A DNA stretch of 64,000 nucleotides from the human T2T-CHM13v2.0 reference genome, Homo sapiens, in the NCBI RefSeq assembly GCF_009914755.1, contig NC_060925.1, one strand, 5' to 3'. Of this stretch, positions 41,636-57,900 are shown in pieces. How positions within the stretch are numbered: position 1 is the first letter of the stretch; each line of letters begins with the position of its first letter. The translations under genes and the position numbers were made by a program. A model generated the notes under the pieces. It made no database searches. It saw nothing but the letters and a program-made list of their open reading frames with translations, and was not told the DNA's origin.

Positions 41636-43029
41636 CAAGACCATCACTTTATTTGCATTCCAAAATAAAGAATTACATTATTTAGATGATTTTATTTTTC
41701 ATGCATTCCACTGCATATTACCTGAATTCCAAAGATAATTTATATGTAGTACATTACTGTCTGCCATCTGAATGTAATGAAAGAGATAACTGGTACATTA
41801 CCATGGAACAGTTCACACAAATTTAATCTTAAATATAGATGTACTTCAAATAAATTATTTCTTTGGAATCTAAATAAAGTTTAGATTTATCACTGGAAAA
41901 ATCTGAGCTAATATACCCACTGGAAAAATGTCATGTTATTTTTAAAGTAGACAGTGTGCCTTTTGAAAACCCCTTATTCTCTAGTTATTACTTCATCTAG
42001 GTAAATGAGGAAATGTGCAGCAAAATATTTTTAAGAAAATTTCAGTCTTTTAGAAGGTTCCTGATAATGACTATTTTTAGGTTATTGAATCATGGAAGGA
42101 GAATAGATAATTAAAAATAAGTACCCTGAAGTCAGTGTACCCAGTTTGGAATTACACCTTTACTATTTATTAGCTCTGTAATCTTAGGCAAAATAATTTC
42201 TGTAGGTCTCAATTGCTTCACCCCTACCTATGAAATTTGGATAATAATCATACCTATGTTTTGGATTTTATGAGCCAGTACAGAAAGTGTTTAGCATAAT
42301 GCCTAGCTTCTAGTAAACCACTGTGTCAAGAATAAAACTAGAGAAGGTAGAAGTTCACATATCTTATTATTTTAGAACATAAAACTGCTCATAATCTAGG
42401 ATAATAAAGGGCCTTGCAAAAATGAGATTTTGAGTTGCTAATTTATATGAGTTGAGCCTAAATCCTGGTCATTTATTAACTATTAACCCTTTAAATAGTC
42501 TTTAGTTGTTGATAGAATATTAGTTTTCCTCTGGTATGATAATGATTTCAATTTACAGTACTGTATTATTTACATTTAAAATGTTATGATCTTTTACTAG
42601 CATAGAAAATAAAACCTCTGCATAAAGTAGTGAACAGAGTTGAGAATAGTGCTTTTCAAGCTTTTATGTACATATGAATCCCTTGGAGATAAAAGCTCAG
42701 ATTTTCAGGCCCAATGCCCCCATCATCTGAGGCAAGCCACAGGAATCTACATTTTTATCCTTTTGTCTCCCAGTTTATTCTGATGTGCATGGGTCCTAGG
42801 ACCAGATTTTGAAAAAATTTACTTATAGACTAGCACAAAAGTGGCAGTCAAAAGCTATGGTTATGAATTTAACTTTACTATAAAACCTATCTTTGCATGC
42901 ATGATTTAACTTCTACTTTGAGAACATGAGAATGTATGTCAAGTAGGTTGAGCTTTTAGAAAGTCAGAATATAAATTAAGGAGTCTATATATTTGAAGAC
43001 AGTGTAATAAAGAGCAAAATTCATGAAGC

Positions 43030-43300
43030 TACAAATCATGACTAGATTACTGGTCCCAACTCTGCCACTTTATGGCCTGATGACTGGGGAAGCTATACCC
43101 AGTAACATTGCTGAATCTTAGTTTCTCCATCTTTAAATTGGAGTTAATACCATATTCACTGAATTTGTCCTATCCAACTAGAATGTAAGTTCCATGAAAT
43201 CAGAGACTTGCCAGGTTTTGCTCACTGCTATATATCCAGCACCTAAAATAGTGCCTGGCATATAGTAGGTATTCAATAAATAATTGTAAAATGGATGAAC
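43030..43300. mobile_element. MIR fragment followed by an L2 3' end
   Basis: tcccaactctgccact...agtttctccatctttaaa; ctagaatgtaagttccatga...gcctggcatatagtaggtattcaataaata. Confidence 0.65.
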
Positions 43301-44624
43301 TACAGTATTTGAAATAGTCTAATAAATACTGAGAATAAAAATGGCACAATACCTTCCCTCAGAAGCTCAGAGCCTGGGGGAGACAGAAATATGCACAAAT
43401 ACTATAGCATAGTTGAATAAATAAATGTATTATAAAGAGCAACTGAGGTAATGTAATGATGCACTATGTAAGTTATGAAGTGATGGTAGTACTTGTAGTG
43501 GTAGCACTTGTAGAGAAACAAAATAAGAATGCAGAGAGTTTGGGGATGCGCCTCTTAACCCTTTAAAGTGTTTTCTACAAAGTGCTATGATCAATTTGTA
43601 GTTGAGGCTGTAATAATCCAGATATGTATACACATACATGTGTGCATACATATGTATGTATGACAGGGAAGAGGGTAATGAAAGGGATTGAACACAAGCT
43701 GGAAAGGATAGTGGAGAGGTGGTAGTGATGACAAAAAAGAATAAGGAGGCATAGATGCAGCTATTCCTTCATCCTTTGGTGGTACCCATTTTAATTTTTT
43801 AGGTACCCATATCAATGAAACAGTAATAACCAGAAGTTAGATTGGTATAGAGGAGAAGAATGTGTTTAAACAAAACAAAATGAAAAATAGACTTAGGTCT
43901 CCTATAAATGTTACTTTAACCTTATCAATTGCCAAAAATCTTCACTTATTTGGGGGTTTTCCATTTATTTTTAAGGCCAGAGGCCAGTCTAGTAATTGTA
44001 AAGTCTTCACAATTTAGTAGGTAGAAAAATGCTTTTAAACCAATCTAAATCATTTTTATACTGTTGCATAATAGGAGAATTATTTTTAAAAGCCAACTTC
44101 TGATAAATGAAAAATGTTTTCCTATACTGTGAAAGGCAGTGTGGGTTTTTACAACCATTTTTAGACTTCCTTTTTGATAGATCTCTTTTCAAAATGTACA
44201 TACTGATTTCCTTCATATGCTGGTTCTTCTATTTATATTACAAAGTTAAATTTATGTATCTTTGAGACACAGGTTTGTAATGTATGATCCAAAGAGATTG
44301 CTCTTAAAGATAGGTGAACTTTCTGATATTTTGCAAAAGTTCTGTAGGTGTGCACATTTTTCTGGAGACTGCTCCATGTTCTTAAAGACATCATAACCAA
44401 AGCAAGGCCCTAAGAGAACAGGTTTAGTTCATTCACCCAAGTAATTCTCTTCTTTATGGCTACTGTGGGGACTGTAACATGTAGTTAAAAGTATGTGAAG
44501 GTCATCGCTCCATATTTTTGTTTATATAATGGCTTGTTGCCTTGAAAAAAAAACTTTATGAAATCAAAACAGAAATATCATGAGTCTTAGAATGTGTGTT
44601 TTACCAAATGGTGTGTTTGTGTAG

Positions 44625-44810
<186 letters not shown>

Positions 44811-44964
44811 TAAAAGCTTTTTTAAAGTTGGTGTTTAAATTATATGTGGTGGAGATATTTTCAACTTAACACATAGTTTTAATTTTTTTACCTTTTGAAT
44901 TAATCTTGTGCAGGATCTAAAGTACTTTACAGCCCATAACTTAAAAATGAGTTTCCCCCTAGAA

Positions 44965-45264
<300 letters not shown>

Positions 45265-46521
45265 TTACCTAGCTTAAAAAGAAAGCATATATGCTATTTT
45301 GACCATCAACCTGAAATGTTTCCTTTGTTAAATTTTTCCTATCTATGCTTGTTACGCTTCACAAAACTGTGGAAATTATATATTAGACAATGTCCTAAGG
45401 GTTTTCAAAACTGATGTGAAGCCACATTAGGAAGATATATAAATAAATGTAGTTGCCCATCCAGAATTGGCATGTGCCAGATATATAATAACATTAAATT
45501 GCTAGTTTCATTCCTTGTTAGTCTTCATTTTCACCTTCTTGTGGCATATTGGTCTCTCTTTAGAGATACAGCTTTCCTTTATCCATTTGAAAGCTAATTT
45601 GAACATAATTCATACAAATTAGGGGTTTTAATTCATGCATTTTTGGAAGGTCAAAGCAAATTATCTGAAGTTACTACTTTTTTCCTTTTAACAATTATTT
45701 ATTCACGTAAGATTTTTTCCAAATAGTTATCAGGTCCCTGCTTGTATGTTAGGTATTCTGCAAGGTGCTGAGAATACAATGATGAGCAAAACCAACCTTT
45801 ATTCCTGCCCATATGAAGCTTATACTTCCAGGGGACAGGGAGATTAGTCAGATGGTCGTATAAATAAATGTAAAAGTACTATACTGTGAGAAATGTGGAA
45901 ATTCAGAATAACTTTGCACCTGAGTTTTTGAGATTTGTTTTGTTTGGTCTTTTGTTTGACTCTTTGCTCGCTAAAGGGATTCTTAGAGTTAGAAATTCAG
46001 GCAACTTGAAGACTTGAATATAAGTATAGATCAAGTTAATCGCTGGCATTATTATACCACCATAATAAAATAGAGAAGAAACCCCAGCTAAACTGTAGCA
46101 TATTTAAAAGAAACTAGTATTTTGTTTTGTTTTGTTTTTTGCTACACAAGTTGCCAGTATGACAGTTGTGGTAACAGTACTATATTAATTGATAGCAGTT
46201 ATCATTTCACTTTTGTAATAATTTGAGACATTTAAGAAAAGATTTTGCTGCACTGAATTACCTTTATCTCTCATTTTGCTTCTTACATGCTTAAAGATGA
46301 TTTGCATGAATAAAGTGTTTTCATTTTGAATATATTTAATTTTTTTCTTCTTTTTTTTCATAAAACCAAAACTTCTAATGTTTTAGAGACATGTCATCTT
46401 TAATAATGCTGTGCAACTACATGATTGAGTTTCCTTAAGGAAAAAAAAATTTAATGCTCTAATTAAGTATTAAAAGCACAGTTTTTCTAATTTATATATT
46501 TTACAAATGATTACAGTAACA

Positions 46522-46830
46522 AGCTGGGTGCCCTGGCTCACACCTGAAATCCTAACACTTTGGGAGGCCAAGGTGGGTGGATTGCTTGAGTCTCACTCAA
46601 GAGTTTGAGACCAGCCTGGCAAACATGGCAAAACCCCGTCTCTACAAAAAATACAAAAATTATCTGGGTATGATGGCTCATCCCTGTAATCCGAGCTACT
46701 TGGGAGACTGAGGCAGGAAGATCACTTGAGCCTGGGAGATTGGGGCTACGGTGAGCTGTGATTATGCCACTGCACTCCAGCCTGGGTGACAGAACAAGAC
46801 CCCGTCTCAAAGAAATAAATAAATAAATAA
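46522..46830 (+). mobile_element. AluJ-like
   Basis: Full Alu, (AAAT)n tail, imperfect TSD gattacagtaacaa / gattacaaaaacaa. Confidence 0.93.
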
Positions 46831-47982
46831 AGATTACAAAAACAAAACAATTAAAGAATTTTAAAATGCAGCAAAAAGAACATATAGCCAGACCAAAACA
46901 ATGTGAATGCAATACAGCCTATCTCACAAGAGGGATCCAGAAACTCTCTGTTAAGTTCATGAATCATGGCTGTCAGCATTATTATCGCAAATAGATATGT
47001 TATATAGTCAATAACAAGATTGATAGCACTTTAAAATAGATTTAGATCTCATAAAAAACTTTATTTTTTATATTTTTTCTAAATTTGCTAACACCAATGC
47101 AATACTGTATAATTAATAAAAGCAACTCCCTATAACTTCTCTTTTCAGTCTTCAAAATAATCCTGTGAAATAAGTGATACCATTTTCCCCATTTTACTGA
47201 TGTGGAAATCAGCTCAGAGAGGTTAATTAATTTAAACATAATCATGCAGCTGCTAAATAATACCTATATTTGATCCCAGGTTCTTCAGATTTTCAATTCC
47301 AGGTCACATTATCCCTTTAAAGTCCTTTTGACATGATTCTTAAAATGAAACTCCAAACCACTAAACAATAAATTGTTTCACAAGATTTTCATGAATTTTA
47401 CGTGTATCATCTTCTTAACTTTTATGCTTTGAGCATTTTGGGAGTAGGAAGACTCTGTCTCAAAAGGCAGCAAAAAAAGAGAATGAACTGTGGTGTTAGG
47501 TAGACATTGATCTGAATCCCTGATCAACCAATCATTAGCAGTATGATCATGAACAAACGATTTAACCTCTCTAAAGCATCAGTTTTATCACCCTTAAAAT
47601 TTGAATTTGGATAGAGAATACAAAAGGAAGAGCAGTTTGGTGAGAAAGATTAGATGGATTGGCCCAGGCTCCATTTTCCTTTCTGGTTGAGATATGTTTC
47701 ATATACTTATAACCAGGTAATTTATTAAGCAAATGAATTTGAAATTATCATAATTCCACCATCCAAATAGAACCTAGTATTTGATATATGTCTTTTTACT
47801 TTTTTTTTCCCTGTGCCCTTCATCACTGCAGTTCAGTCCTATGATCTCAGTAGCCAATTAAAATCTACCTCCTCCAACCCTGCACTTTACCATTTCCTTC
47901 AGTCTCTTATCTCACAGTTGCTACATACTACATAATTACATCTGAGTGACTTACTGCCATATTATACAATTGTTTTAAAACA

Positions 47983-48279
<297 letters not shown>

Positions 48280-49680
48280 CCCTACTCCACAATAAGTGTA
48301 TCTATCGAACTTCTATTTTCTTTTAGTGCTTTCTGAACTCTAACTTATTTTTTGTTGTTGTAATTAACCAGTTGTCCCCTCCATATTTATTGAATAATTC
48401 TTATTTGGCCTCTTATTTGAAATTCTACCTTTACTAATATTAAATTAATATATACATCTGTCTATTTCTCAACTTTTTAAATTTTTATTGCTGCATACTA
48501 TTTTTATATATTCATGAAGTACATGTTATATTTTAATATATGCGTAGTATGTGTAGTGATCAAAGCTGGGTATTTAGCATATCCACTACCTTGATCGTTT
48601 ATTGTTTCTTTGTGTTGGGAACATTTCAAATTTTCTGTTCCAGTTACTTTGAAATATATAATATATTGTTGTGAAATATACAATATAACCAGCCTGCTGT
48701 GCTATGAAATGCTAGAACTTATTCCTTCTGTCTAACTGTATGTTTGTTCTCAGTACCTTAGTTCTCTTCATCCCTTCCCCCACACACACACATCCTTCTC
48801 AGCCTCTGGTAGCTGTCATTCTATACGTTACCTCTAAGAGATCAACTTTTTTAGGTTCCACATGTAAGTAAGAACATGTGATATTGTCTTTCTGTGCCTG
48901 GCTGATTTCACTTTACAGAATGATCTGTTTCTATCCATGTTGCTACAAATGACAAGATTTCATTCTTTTTTTTACAGCCAAATAGTATTCCTATATATAT
49001 TACATTTTCTGTACCCATTCATGTGTTGAAGGACACTTAGGTTGATTCCATATCTTTGCTATTATGCATAGTGCTGCAATAAACATGAGGATTCAGGTAT
49101 TGCATTGATATACTGATTTCGTTTGGATTAATGGAATTGCTAAATTGTATGATAGTTCTATTTTTAGATTTTTGAAAAATCTCTGTACTATTTTCCATAG
49201 TAGCTGTACTAACTTACATTTTTACCAACAGTGTATAAGAATTCCCTTTTCTCCACATCCCCTCCAGCACTTGGTGTTTTTTGCCTTTTTGATAATAGCC
49301 ATTCCACCTGGGTACGATGATATCTCACTGTGGTTTTGATTTGCATTTCCCTGATGATTAATGGTGTTGAGCATTTTTTCATGTACCTGTTGGCCATTGT
49401 AAATCTGGTTTTGAGAAATGTGTACACATATCCTTTACCCATTTTAATTAGATTGTTTATTTTTGGCTACTGAATTATTGGAGTTCCTTGTATATTCTGC
49501 ATATTAGTCCCTTCTTGGATGAATAGTTTGCAAATATTTTTTTCTCCCATTCAACAGGTTGTCTCTTTACTCTTTTGAATGTCTCCTTTGCTCTGCAAAA
49601 GCTTTTAATTTAATATAGCCCAATGTGCCTATTTTTGTTTTTGTTGCTTGTACTTTTCAGGACTTAGCCATAAAATCTTT

Positions 49681-49980
<300 letters not shown>

Positions 49981-52900
49981 CATAAAATCTTTGACTAGAC
50001 CAATGTTCTAGAGCATTTCCCGTATGTTTTCTTCTAGTATTGTTATGGTTTGGGGCCTTATTTTTAAGTACTTAATTCATTTTGAGTGATTTGGGGATAT
50101 GGTGAGAGAGAGGGATCTAGTTTCAGTCTTCTGCATATGGATATCCAGTTTTTCCGCACCATGTATTGAAGAGAGTGTCCTTTCCCCACTGTATGTTCTT
50201 GATGCCTTTGTCAAAAATCACTTAGGTGTAATATGTGGATTTATTTATGGGTTCTCTATTCTGTTCCATGGGTCTCTGTGTCTGTTTTTATACCACTACC
50301 ATGCTGTTTTAGTTACTATAGCTTTATAGTATATTTTGAAGTCAGGTAGTGTGATGCCTCCAGCATTGCTCTTTTTGCTCTGGATTCCTTTGGCTATTCA
50401 GGCTCTTTTGTGGTTCCATACAAATTTTAGGATTTTTTTTTCTATTTCTGTGAAGACTACCATTGGTATTTTGATAGGAATTGCATTGAATCTGTAAATT
50501 TATTTGCATAGTTGATCATTTTAATATATTTATTTTTCTGATTCATGACCATGACCATGGGATGTCTTTCCATTTGTTTCTGTCCTTTTTAATTTCTTTC
50601 ATCAGTGTTTTGTAGTTTTTCTTGTAGAGGTCTTTCACCTTCTTGGTCAAATTTATTCCTAGGTATTTTATTTATTTTTTTGTAGCTATTATAAATGGAA
50701 TTATATTACTGATTTCTTTCTTAGCTTGATCATTATTGGTGTATCGAAATGTCACTGATTTTTTATGTTCATTTTGTATTCTGCACCTTTACTTATTTTT
50801 TTATGAGTTCTAAGAATATTCTGGTGGAGTCTATATGTAAGATTATGTCATCTGAAAGGAGGGGCATTGTATTTAGATGCCTTGCATTTAGATGCCTTGT
50901 ATTTCTTTCTCTTCCCTGATTAATCTGGCTAGGACTTCCATTACTATGTTGAATAGGAGTGGTGAAAGTGGACATCCTTGTCTTGGTCCAATTCTTAGAG
51001 GAAAGGCTTTCAACTTTTCCTCATTCAGTATGTTAGCTGTGAGTTTGTCATATATGACCTTTATTATGTTGAGTAATGCCTCTTCTATGCCTAATTTGTT
51101 GAGAGTTTTTGTCAGGAGGGGATGTTGGCTTTTATCTAATGCTTTTTTCTGCATCTGTTGAGATGATCATATGATTTTTGTTGTTCATTCTACTAAAGTG
51201 ATGTATCGTGTTAATTGATTTGCATATATTGACCCATCCTTGCATCCCTGGGATAAATCCCACTTGATCATGTTGTATTATATATTTGTTGTGTTGTTGG
51301 ATTTTTGTTAGCTAGTGTTTTGTTAAAAATTTTTGTGTCTGTATTTCTCAGAGATGTTGGTCTGTAGTGTTCTTTTTTTGTTGTGTGCTTGTCTGGTTTT
51401 GTATCAGAGTACTGCTGGCCTCGTAGAATAAGTTAGGAAGAATTCTCTCTTCTTTAATTTTTTGGAATAGTTTGAGATGAATTGATGCTAGTTCTTCTTT
51501 ATAAGGTTGATAGAATTGAGCAGTAAAGCCATGCAGCCCTGGGCTTTTCTTTAATGTTTGATGGGAATCTTTTTATTACATATTCAATCTGTTCCCCATT
51601 ATTGGTCTGTTCAGATTTTCTGTTTCTATCTGGTTCAGTCTTTGTAGGTTGTATGTGTCCAAGAATTTATCTATTTCCTCTAGGTTTTCCAGTTAGTTAG
51701 CATATAGTTGTTCATGATAGTCTCCAGTGATCTCCTGTATTCTGTGGTGTCAGTTGTAAAATATTTTTCTTTTCTGATTTTGTTAACTTGGATCTTCTCT
51801 CTTTTTTTCTTGGTTAGTCTAGCTAGCAGTTTATCAATTTTGGTTATTTTTTTTAAAAAAAAACCTTTCATTTTTATGATCCTTTGTATGTTTTTTCTCT
51901 ATTTCATTTCGTTGTGCTCTGATTTTTATTATTTCTTTCCTTCTACTAATTTTGTTTGGTTTGTTCTTGCTTTTCTAGTTCCTTGAGGTACGTTATTAGG
52001 TTATTTGAAATCTTTATACTTTTTGGTGTTTATTGCTATAAACCTCCCCTTAGCACTGCTTTTCTTATATTCCATAGGTTTTGGTATATTGTGTTTTCAT
52101 TTTTCTTTGCTTTAAGATTGTTTTTATTTCTTTCTTAATTTCTTCATTAGCCCAATAGTCATTCGGGAGCATATTGTTTCATTTCCATCTATTTGTACAG
52201 TTTCCAAAGTGCTTCTTGTTACTGATTTCTAGTTTTTCCCATCAGGATCTGAGAAAATCTTGATATGATTTCAAGTTTTTAAAATTTGTTGAGACTTGTT
52301 TTGTGGCCTAATATAAATGGTCTATCCTGGAGAATGTTCCATGTGCTTATTAGAAGAATGTGTATTCTGCAACTATTGGATAAAATGTTGTGTAAATGTC
52401 TCCTAGGTACATTTTGTCTACAGTGCAGTTTATGTCCAATTTTTTTGGTTGATTCTCTCTCTCAATAATCTGTACAATGCTGAGAATGGAGTGTTGAAGT
52501 CCTGAACTATTATTGTATTGGAGTCTGTCTCTCTCTTTAGATCTAATAATATTTGCTTTCTATATCTGTGTGCTCTAGTATTGGATGCATATATATCCGT
52601 TATATCCTTTTGCTGAATTCATCCCTTTATCATTATATTATGACCTTCTTTGTCTCATTTTACTGTTTTGACTTAAAGTTTCCTTTATCTGATATAAATT
52701 TAGATACTCCTGCTTGTTTTTGTTTTCCATTTGTATGAAATCTTTTTCTGTCTCTTCACTTTCAGTCTATCTGTGTGTTTACAGGTGAAGTGAGGTTTTT
52801 TGTAAGCAGCATATAGTTAGATCATGTTATGTTTATATATTCAGACAGTCCATATCTTTTAAGTAGATATCTGATTTATTTACATTTAAAGTTATTATTG

Positions 52901-53708
52901 ATAGGTGAGGACTTATTCCTATCATTTAAAAATTGTTTTCTGGTTGCTTTGTATATCCTTCATTCCTTTCTTTCTCTCTAATTGTTTATCATTATAGTTT
53001 GGTGGTTTTCTGTAATGGTAATATTTGAGTCCTTTCTCTTTCTCATTTATGTGTCTGCCCTACCAGTGACTTTTATACTTTCTTGTTTTCATGATGGTAA
53101 ATATCATTGTTTCACTTCCAGATGTAGGACTACCTTAAGCATTTCCTGTAGGGCTGCTGTAATAGTGGTAATTCCCTCAGTTTTTGCTTATCTGGGAAAG
53201 ACTTTTTTTCTCCTTCATTTTTGAAGAAAGGTTTCTTGGTTAGTCTAGTAGTTTATCGTTGGTGGCAGGGTTTGTTTTTTTCCTTTTAGCACTGTGAATA
53301 TATCATCCCATTCTCTCCTGGCCTGCAGGGTCTCCCCTGAGAAATCCACGTTAGTCTGATGGAGATTCCCTTATATGTGACTTGATGCTTTTCTCTTGCT
53401 GTTTTTAGATGTCTGTCTTGTCTTTGACTTTTGACAGTTTCAGTAAAGTGTGTCTTGGAAAAGACCTTTTTGGATTGTATCTATTTGATGTTTCAGCTTC
53501 CTGTATCTGGATTTCTAAATCTCTTAAAAGAACTAGGAAGTTTTCAACTATTATTAAATTAAATGAGTTTTTCTATGTCATTACCCATCACTTTACCTTC
53601 TGGAAAACCCCAAATTTGAATATTTCGTTGCTTTAAGGTGTCCCCTATGTCATGTATGCTTTGTTCATTAATTTTTATTTTTTATTCTTTTTTGGTGGGT
53701 CTGTCTGA

Positions 53709-54137
<429 letters not shown>

Positions 54138-56499
54138 TGTTTGGTTCTTTTTTATGCTATCTCTCTGTTGAATTTCTCACTCATATCCTGAATTGTTTTC
54201 CTGATGTCTTTGTATTGTTTGTCTGTGTTCTCTTATATCTCACTGAGCTTCTTTAATATCATTAGTTTGAATTCTTTTTCAGACATTTCATCATTTTTTG
54301 TTTAATTGGAATCTGTTGGTGGAGAATTATGTTCTTTTGGAGGTGTCATGTTTCTTTGCTTTTTCATGTTTCTTGTATACTTACACTGACATCTCCACAT
54401 CTGGTGTAACAGTCATTTCCTCCAGTTTTTAGGATTGGCTTTTGTAGGGTAAGACTTTTTTCTGTGGATGTATCATCATGTTGGTTTGTTGGGCAGTTTA
54501 GCTTTTATTCTGGGTGCATGCAGTAGTGTAGTCTCTATGATTTCTTCAGCTGTAATTAGCCTCAGTGGGTGTCTGTGATTTCCTCAGTGGCTTAGGCCAC
54601 ATTATTGGTGTAGCCTGTGGTGAGGCTTTGCTGGGGACAGGGACACCAGGCATCCTGATCCTCAGGCCCCAGTGGTGGTAGCAGCAGGCCAAGCATACCT
54701 GCCCCTGGTGGCCATACACTGGCATCAATTTTAGCAGGTCTGCAAGGGCCAATTCTTAGGCCTCTATGTGGCTTGCTCAGGTACCAGCAGTGGCAGTGGT
54801 AGGCTGAGCATATGGATGAGACCTTAGTCTCCTGTGCAGCATGTGTGGCATAAGCGATTGTAATAGTGATGGCAGGCCAACCCTCAGGCTCCCAGGCAGT
54901 ACACACTGCTGCTAGTGATGGTAGCAACAGATTGGGCAAGCCAGACCCTAAACCCTCAGGTGGCATATGTGGGTAAGCGCCAGCAGTGGTAGTGGTGGCA
55001 GACTGGGCAGGCCCAGCCTCAGGCCAGTAGTGGGTGGGGCAGGGCAATCCCCAGGCCCTCAGATGGCATGCTTGAGCATTGGGGTTGCAGTGCCAGGCAG
55101 TGCAGGCATTTACTCAGGCCCCTCAATGGTGCACGTGGGCACAGGCTGTGTTGGACCAAGTGAGGCAATCCCCAGACCCTCAAACAATGTGTTTGAGTGC
55201 AGGCAGTCAGTGGTTTGGGTCTGTTGTTAGACCCCCTGATGGTGCAGTGCATGCCAGAAGCAGCAAGCAGGGTGGATGGATCCCCAAGCCTCCAGACAGT
55301 GCACTCAATCACTGTGGGAGGTGCCACCAGGCAGGGAAGGCCTGTCCCCAGGCTCCTCTGTTGTACCTGTGGGTGCAGGCTGTGGTGAACAGGGCAGTCT
55401 TTGGGCCACTGGACAGCATATTTTGATGCCAGTGGCTGATAGCCTGAGTCTTTCGTCATGCTTCTTGATCATATGTATGTGTACCCAGAGTGATAGACAG
55501 AGGGGGGCACTCCCCAGGCCTCCCAGGTGGTGTGCTAGGGCACTAGGAGGGGTGGCACTTAAAGGGACAGGCCTGTCCTCAGGCCCCTATTGGTGCACAC
55601 AGATACAGACTCTGGTAGGCAGGGAAGGACTATTCCTAGGCCCCTGGATAAAATACTTGAGAGGTGGTAGGCAGAGTGAGTCTGTCCTCATGCCCCCAAA
55701 TAGCATCCAGTTGGGCCAGTTCCCAGGTCCACTGAAGGTGCTGCAAGTACCTGGCAGTCCTGTTGTGGGGGCTGGGCATTGCTATCAGTGGCAGTGGCCC
55801 CAGGCAGGAGGCCCTCAGACTCTGGGGAGTGTATGCTTTGGCTTCCGGCCCCAGAAACAGCCTTCCCTAGTGTGCTGCCCTGCTTGTTCTTTGGAGTATA
55901 AGACACTGTGTGGGCTCGAGTGCTGGGGACCCAGCCGCACCATTGGGTCCAGCCAGCACTGTACCACTGGAACCCCTTTGATAGACATGGGGCACTGTCA
56001 GTTGGGCTCCAGGTGTATAGAGATGCATACTCTCTAATGGTAGTTGGCTTCTCAAAATGGCACTGTGCTTCAGCTTCTTGGGTCCTGGGGGTGGGTGTGG
56101 GACCTGGAACAAACTCCCTCTCTGGAACAATGCTATTGTGTGAACTCCAGGCAGGTCCCTATACTTGTCTCAGAATTCACGAGGGTTGTGGGGATCTTAC
56201 ATGGCTAGGATTGCAAGAGTCTGTGGTGGAAATGTGGACCACTGGGGATCTCTCAGTTACCCTTTCCCCATACTGGAGAACCTCTTGTGGCTGCCAGCTG
56301 GTCCCAGCTAGGCCAGCTGCTTCACTTCCTTTTGCTTATCTGCCTCAGATGTTCCCTGTCACTTCCCTGCTAAATTTCAGTGTTCTGTCTTAGAGGCTTT
56401 ATTCAACATGTGATTATCTACTCACTGTTTTGGTCCTTCTTTGTGGAGGAGAGTTCTGAGTCAGCCATCTTGAAGCCCTGACCTTTATTTTTTAGGAGT

Positions 56500-57900
56500 T
56501 CTTTTTGTCTGTTCTTGTACTGTATATGTCACTGCTTTATGTAGCTTTAAAATATTTTAATATTAGATGGGTCCAGTTTCTTCACCCTTGTTTACCCTTT
56601 CCAAATGTTCTGTTCTCTTGCCCCATATGCATTATTTTAGAGTCAAGTTAGGTAATTTATATTTCCTAGAAAATCATCCTTATCTCCTGTATGTTTTCTC
56701 TTCCTTTTTTGATTAGACTTGCCAATGGTTTGTGGGTTTTTTTTTTTTTTTTTGGTCTCTCTAAAGATTTATTGAATTTGGGGATTAACAGTAAAGTTGC
56801 ATATTAGGAGAGAACCTGAATCTTGAGAATTTACCATTATGAACATGTTGCTTCTGCATTTACTCAAATATCTTTCGTCATTCAGTAAGGTTTTAGAGAA
56901 CCCCCCTTCCTCCATATAGGAAGGAATTTATGTCTTAAAATTATTGCTTAAATTTATATTTTGGTTGCTATTATTAATGTGTTTGCTTTCCCGTTATAGT
57001 AGGATATGGGCAAAACATCATTTTTATGTTTATATTATAATTGACCATGTTACTAAATTCTGTTATTGATTTCCACATTTTTCAGTGATTCCTTTGGATT
57101 TTTATTGACAATCATAGGAGATTGGCATATCATTTTGTCTGTTCCTTTTCAGTATTTACATCTCATTTCCATTTTTGTTTTAGTACATATATTAGAATGT
57201 CTAAAACAATATTTTAATGCAGTAGGGCCCTTGAGCTTTCTTGTCTTGTTCCTGCTTTGAATGGAAGTGCCCAAGAATATACTTTCAGGGATCATTTCTA
57301 TAATTTGTTGCCTTTCATGTTTTACCACCAAATATAAAGTTGGCCATTTGGCTGAGATAGGTATTCTTTATGAGGTTAACAAAACATTGTTGATTTCTAA
57401 TACACTGTATTTTATCTTTTTTGACATGTTAGTGTGATGAATTATATGAGGGAGACATCCTCACTTTCCTGGAATGAATACCATTAATCATGGGGTATTA
57501 ACATTTTAATATTTGCCTGAAATCTATTTGCCAAAATTTTATTTAGGGTTTTTACTTCTGTAGTCATAAGTTTTATTAGTCTACAGTTTCTGTTTTTTTG
57601 AAGTTGGGATTATATGGGATTCATAAAATGAGTTTAGAAAGTTTCCAGGCTTTTATTCTGCAGAAAATTTAGGAACATAGAGTCATCTTATATCTATTCC
57701 TTATAAATTTTAACAGACTAATTCTTGGGTATTGGTCTCTTCAAGTTTTTACTTTTTGACTCAATTTAAGAAATTTATATTTCCAATAAAATCATCCATT
57801 TCCCTTTCTAATTATCATTGCTTATATTATCTTTATTGTTGTATTTATTGTTAATTAATGCTATTTCGAGGTATATTCTTTAGATTGCCTTGAGGCTTGT
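56500..57900 (-). mobile_element. Very old L1M fragments
   Basis: Degenerate T-rich similarity to minus-strand ORF2 (cttgtcttgttcctg; cataaaatgagtttagaaag). Confidence 0.55.

Noticed and set aside
54546-56393. Cluster of long ORFs (up to 253 aa) on both strands
   Set aside because: They fall in the GC-rich L1MA 5' region where stops are rare; no recognisable domain or splice context.
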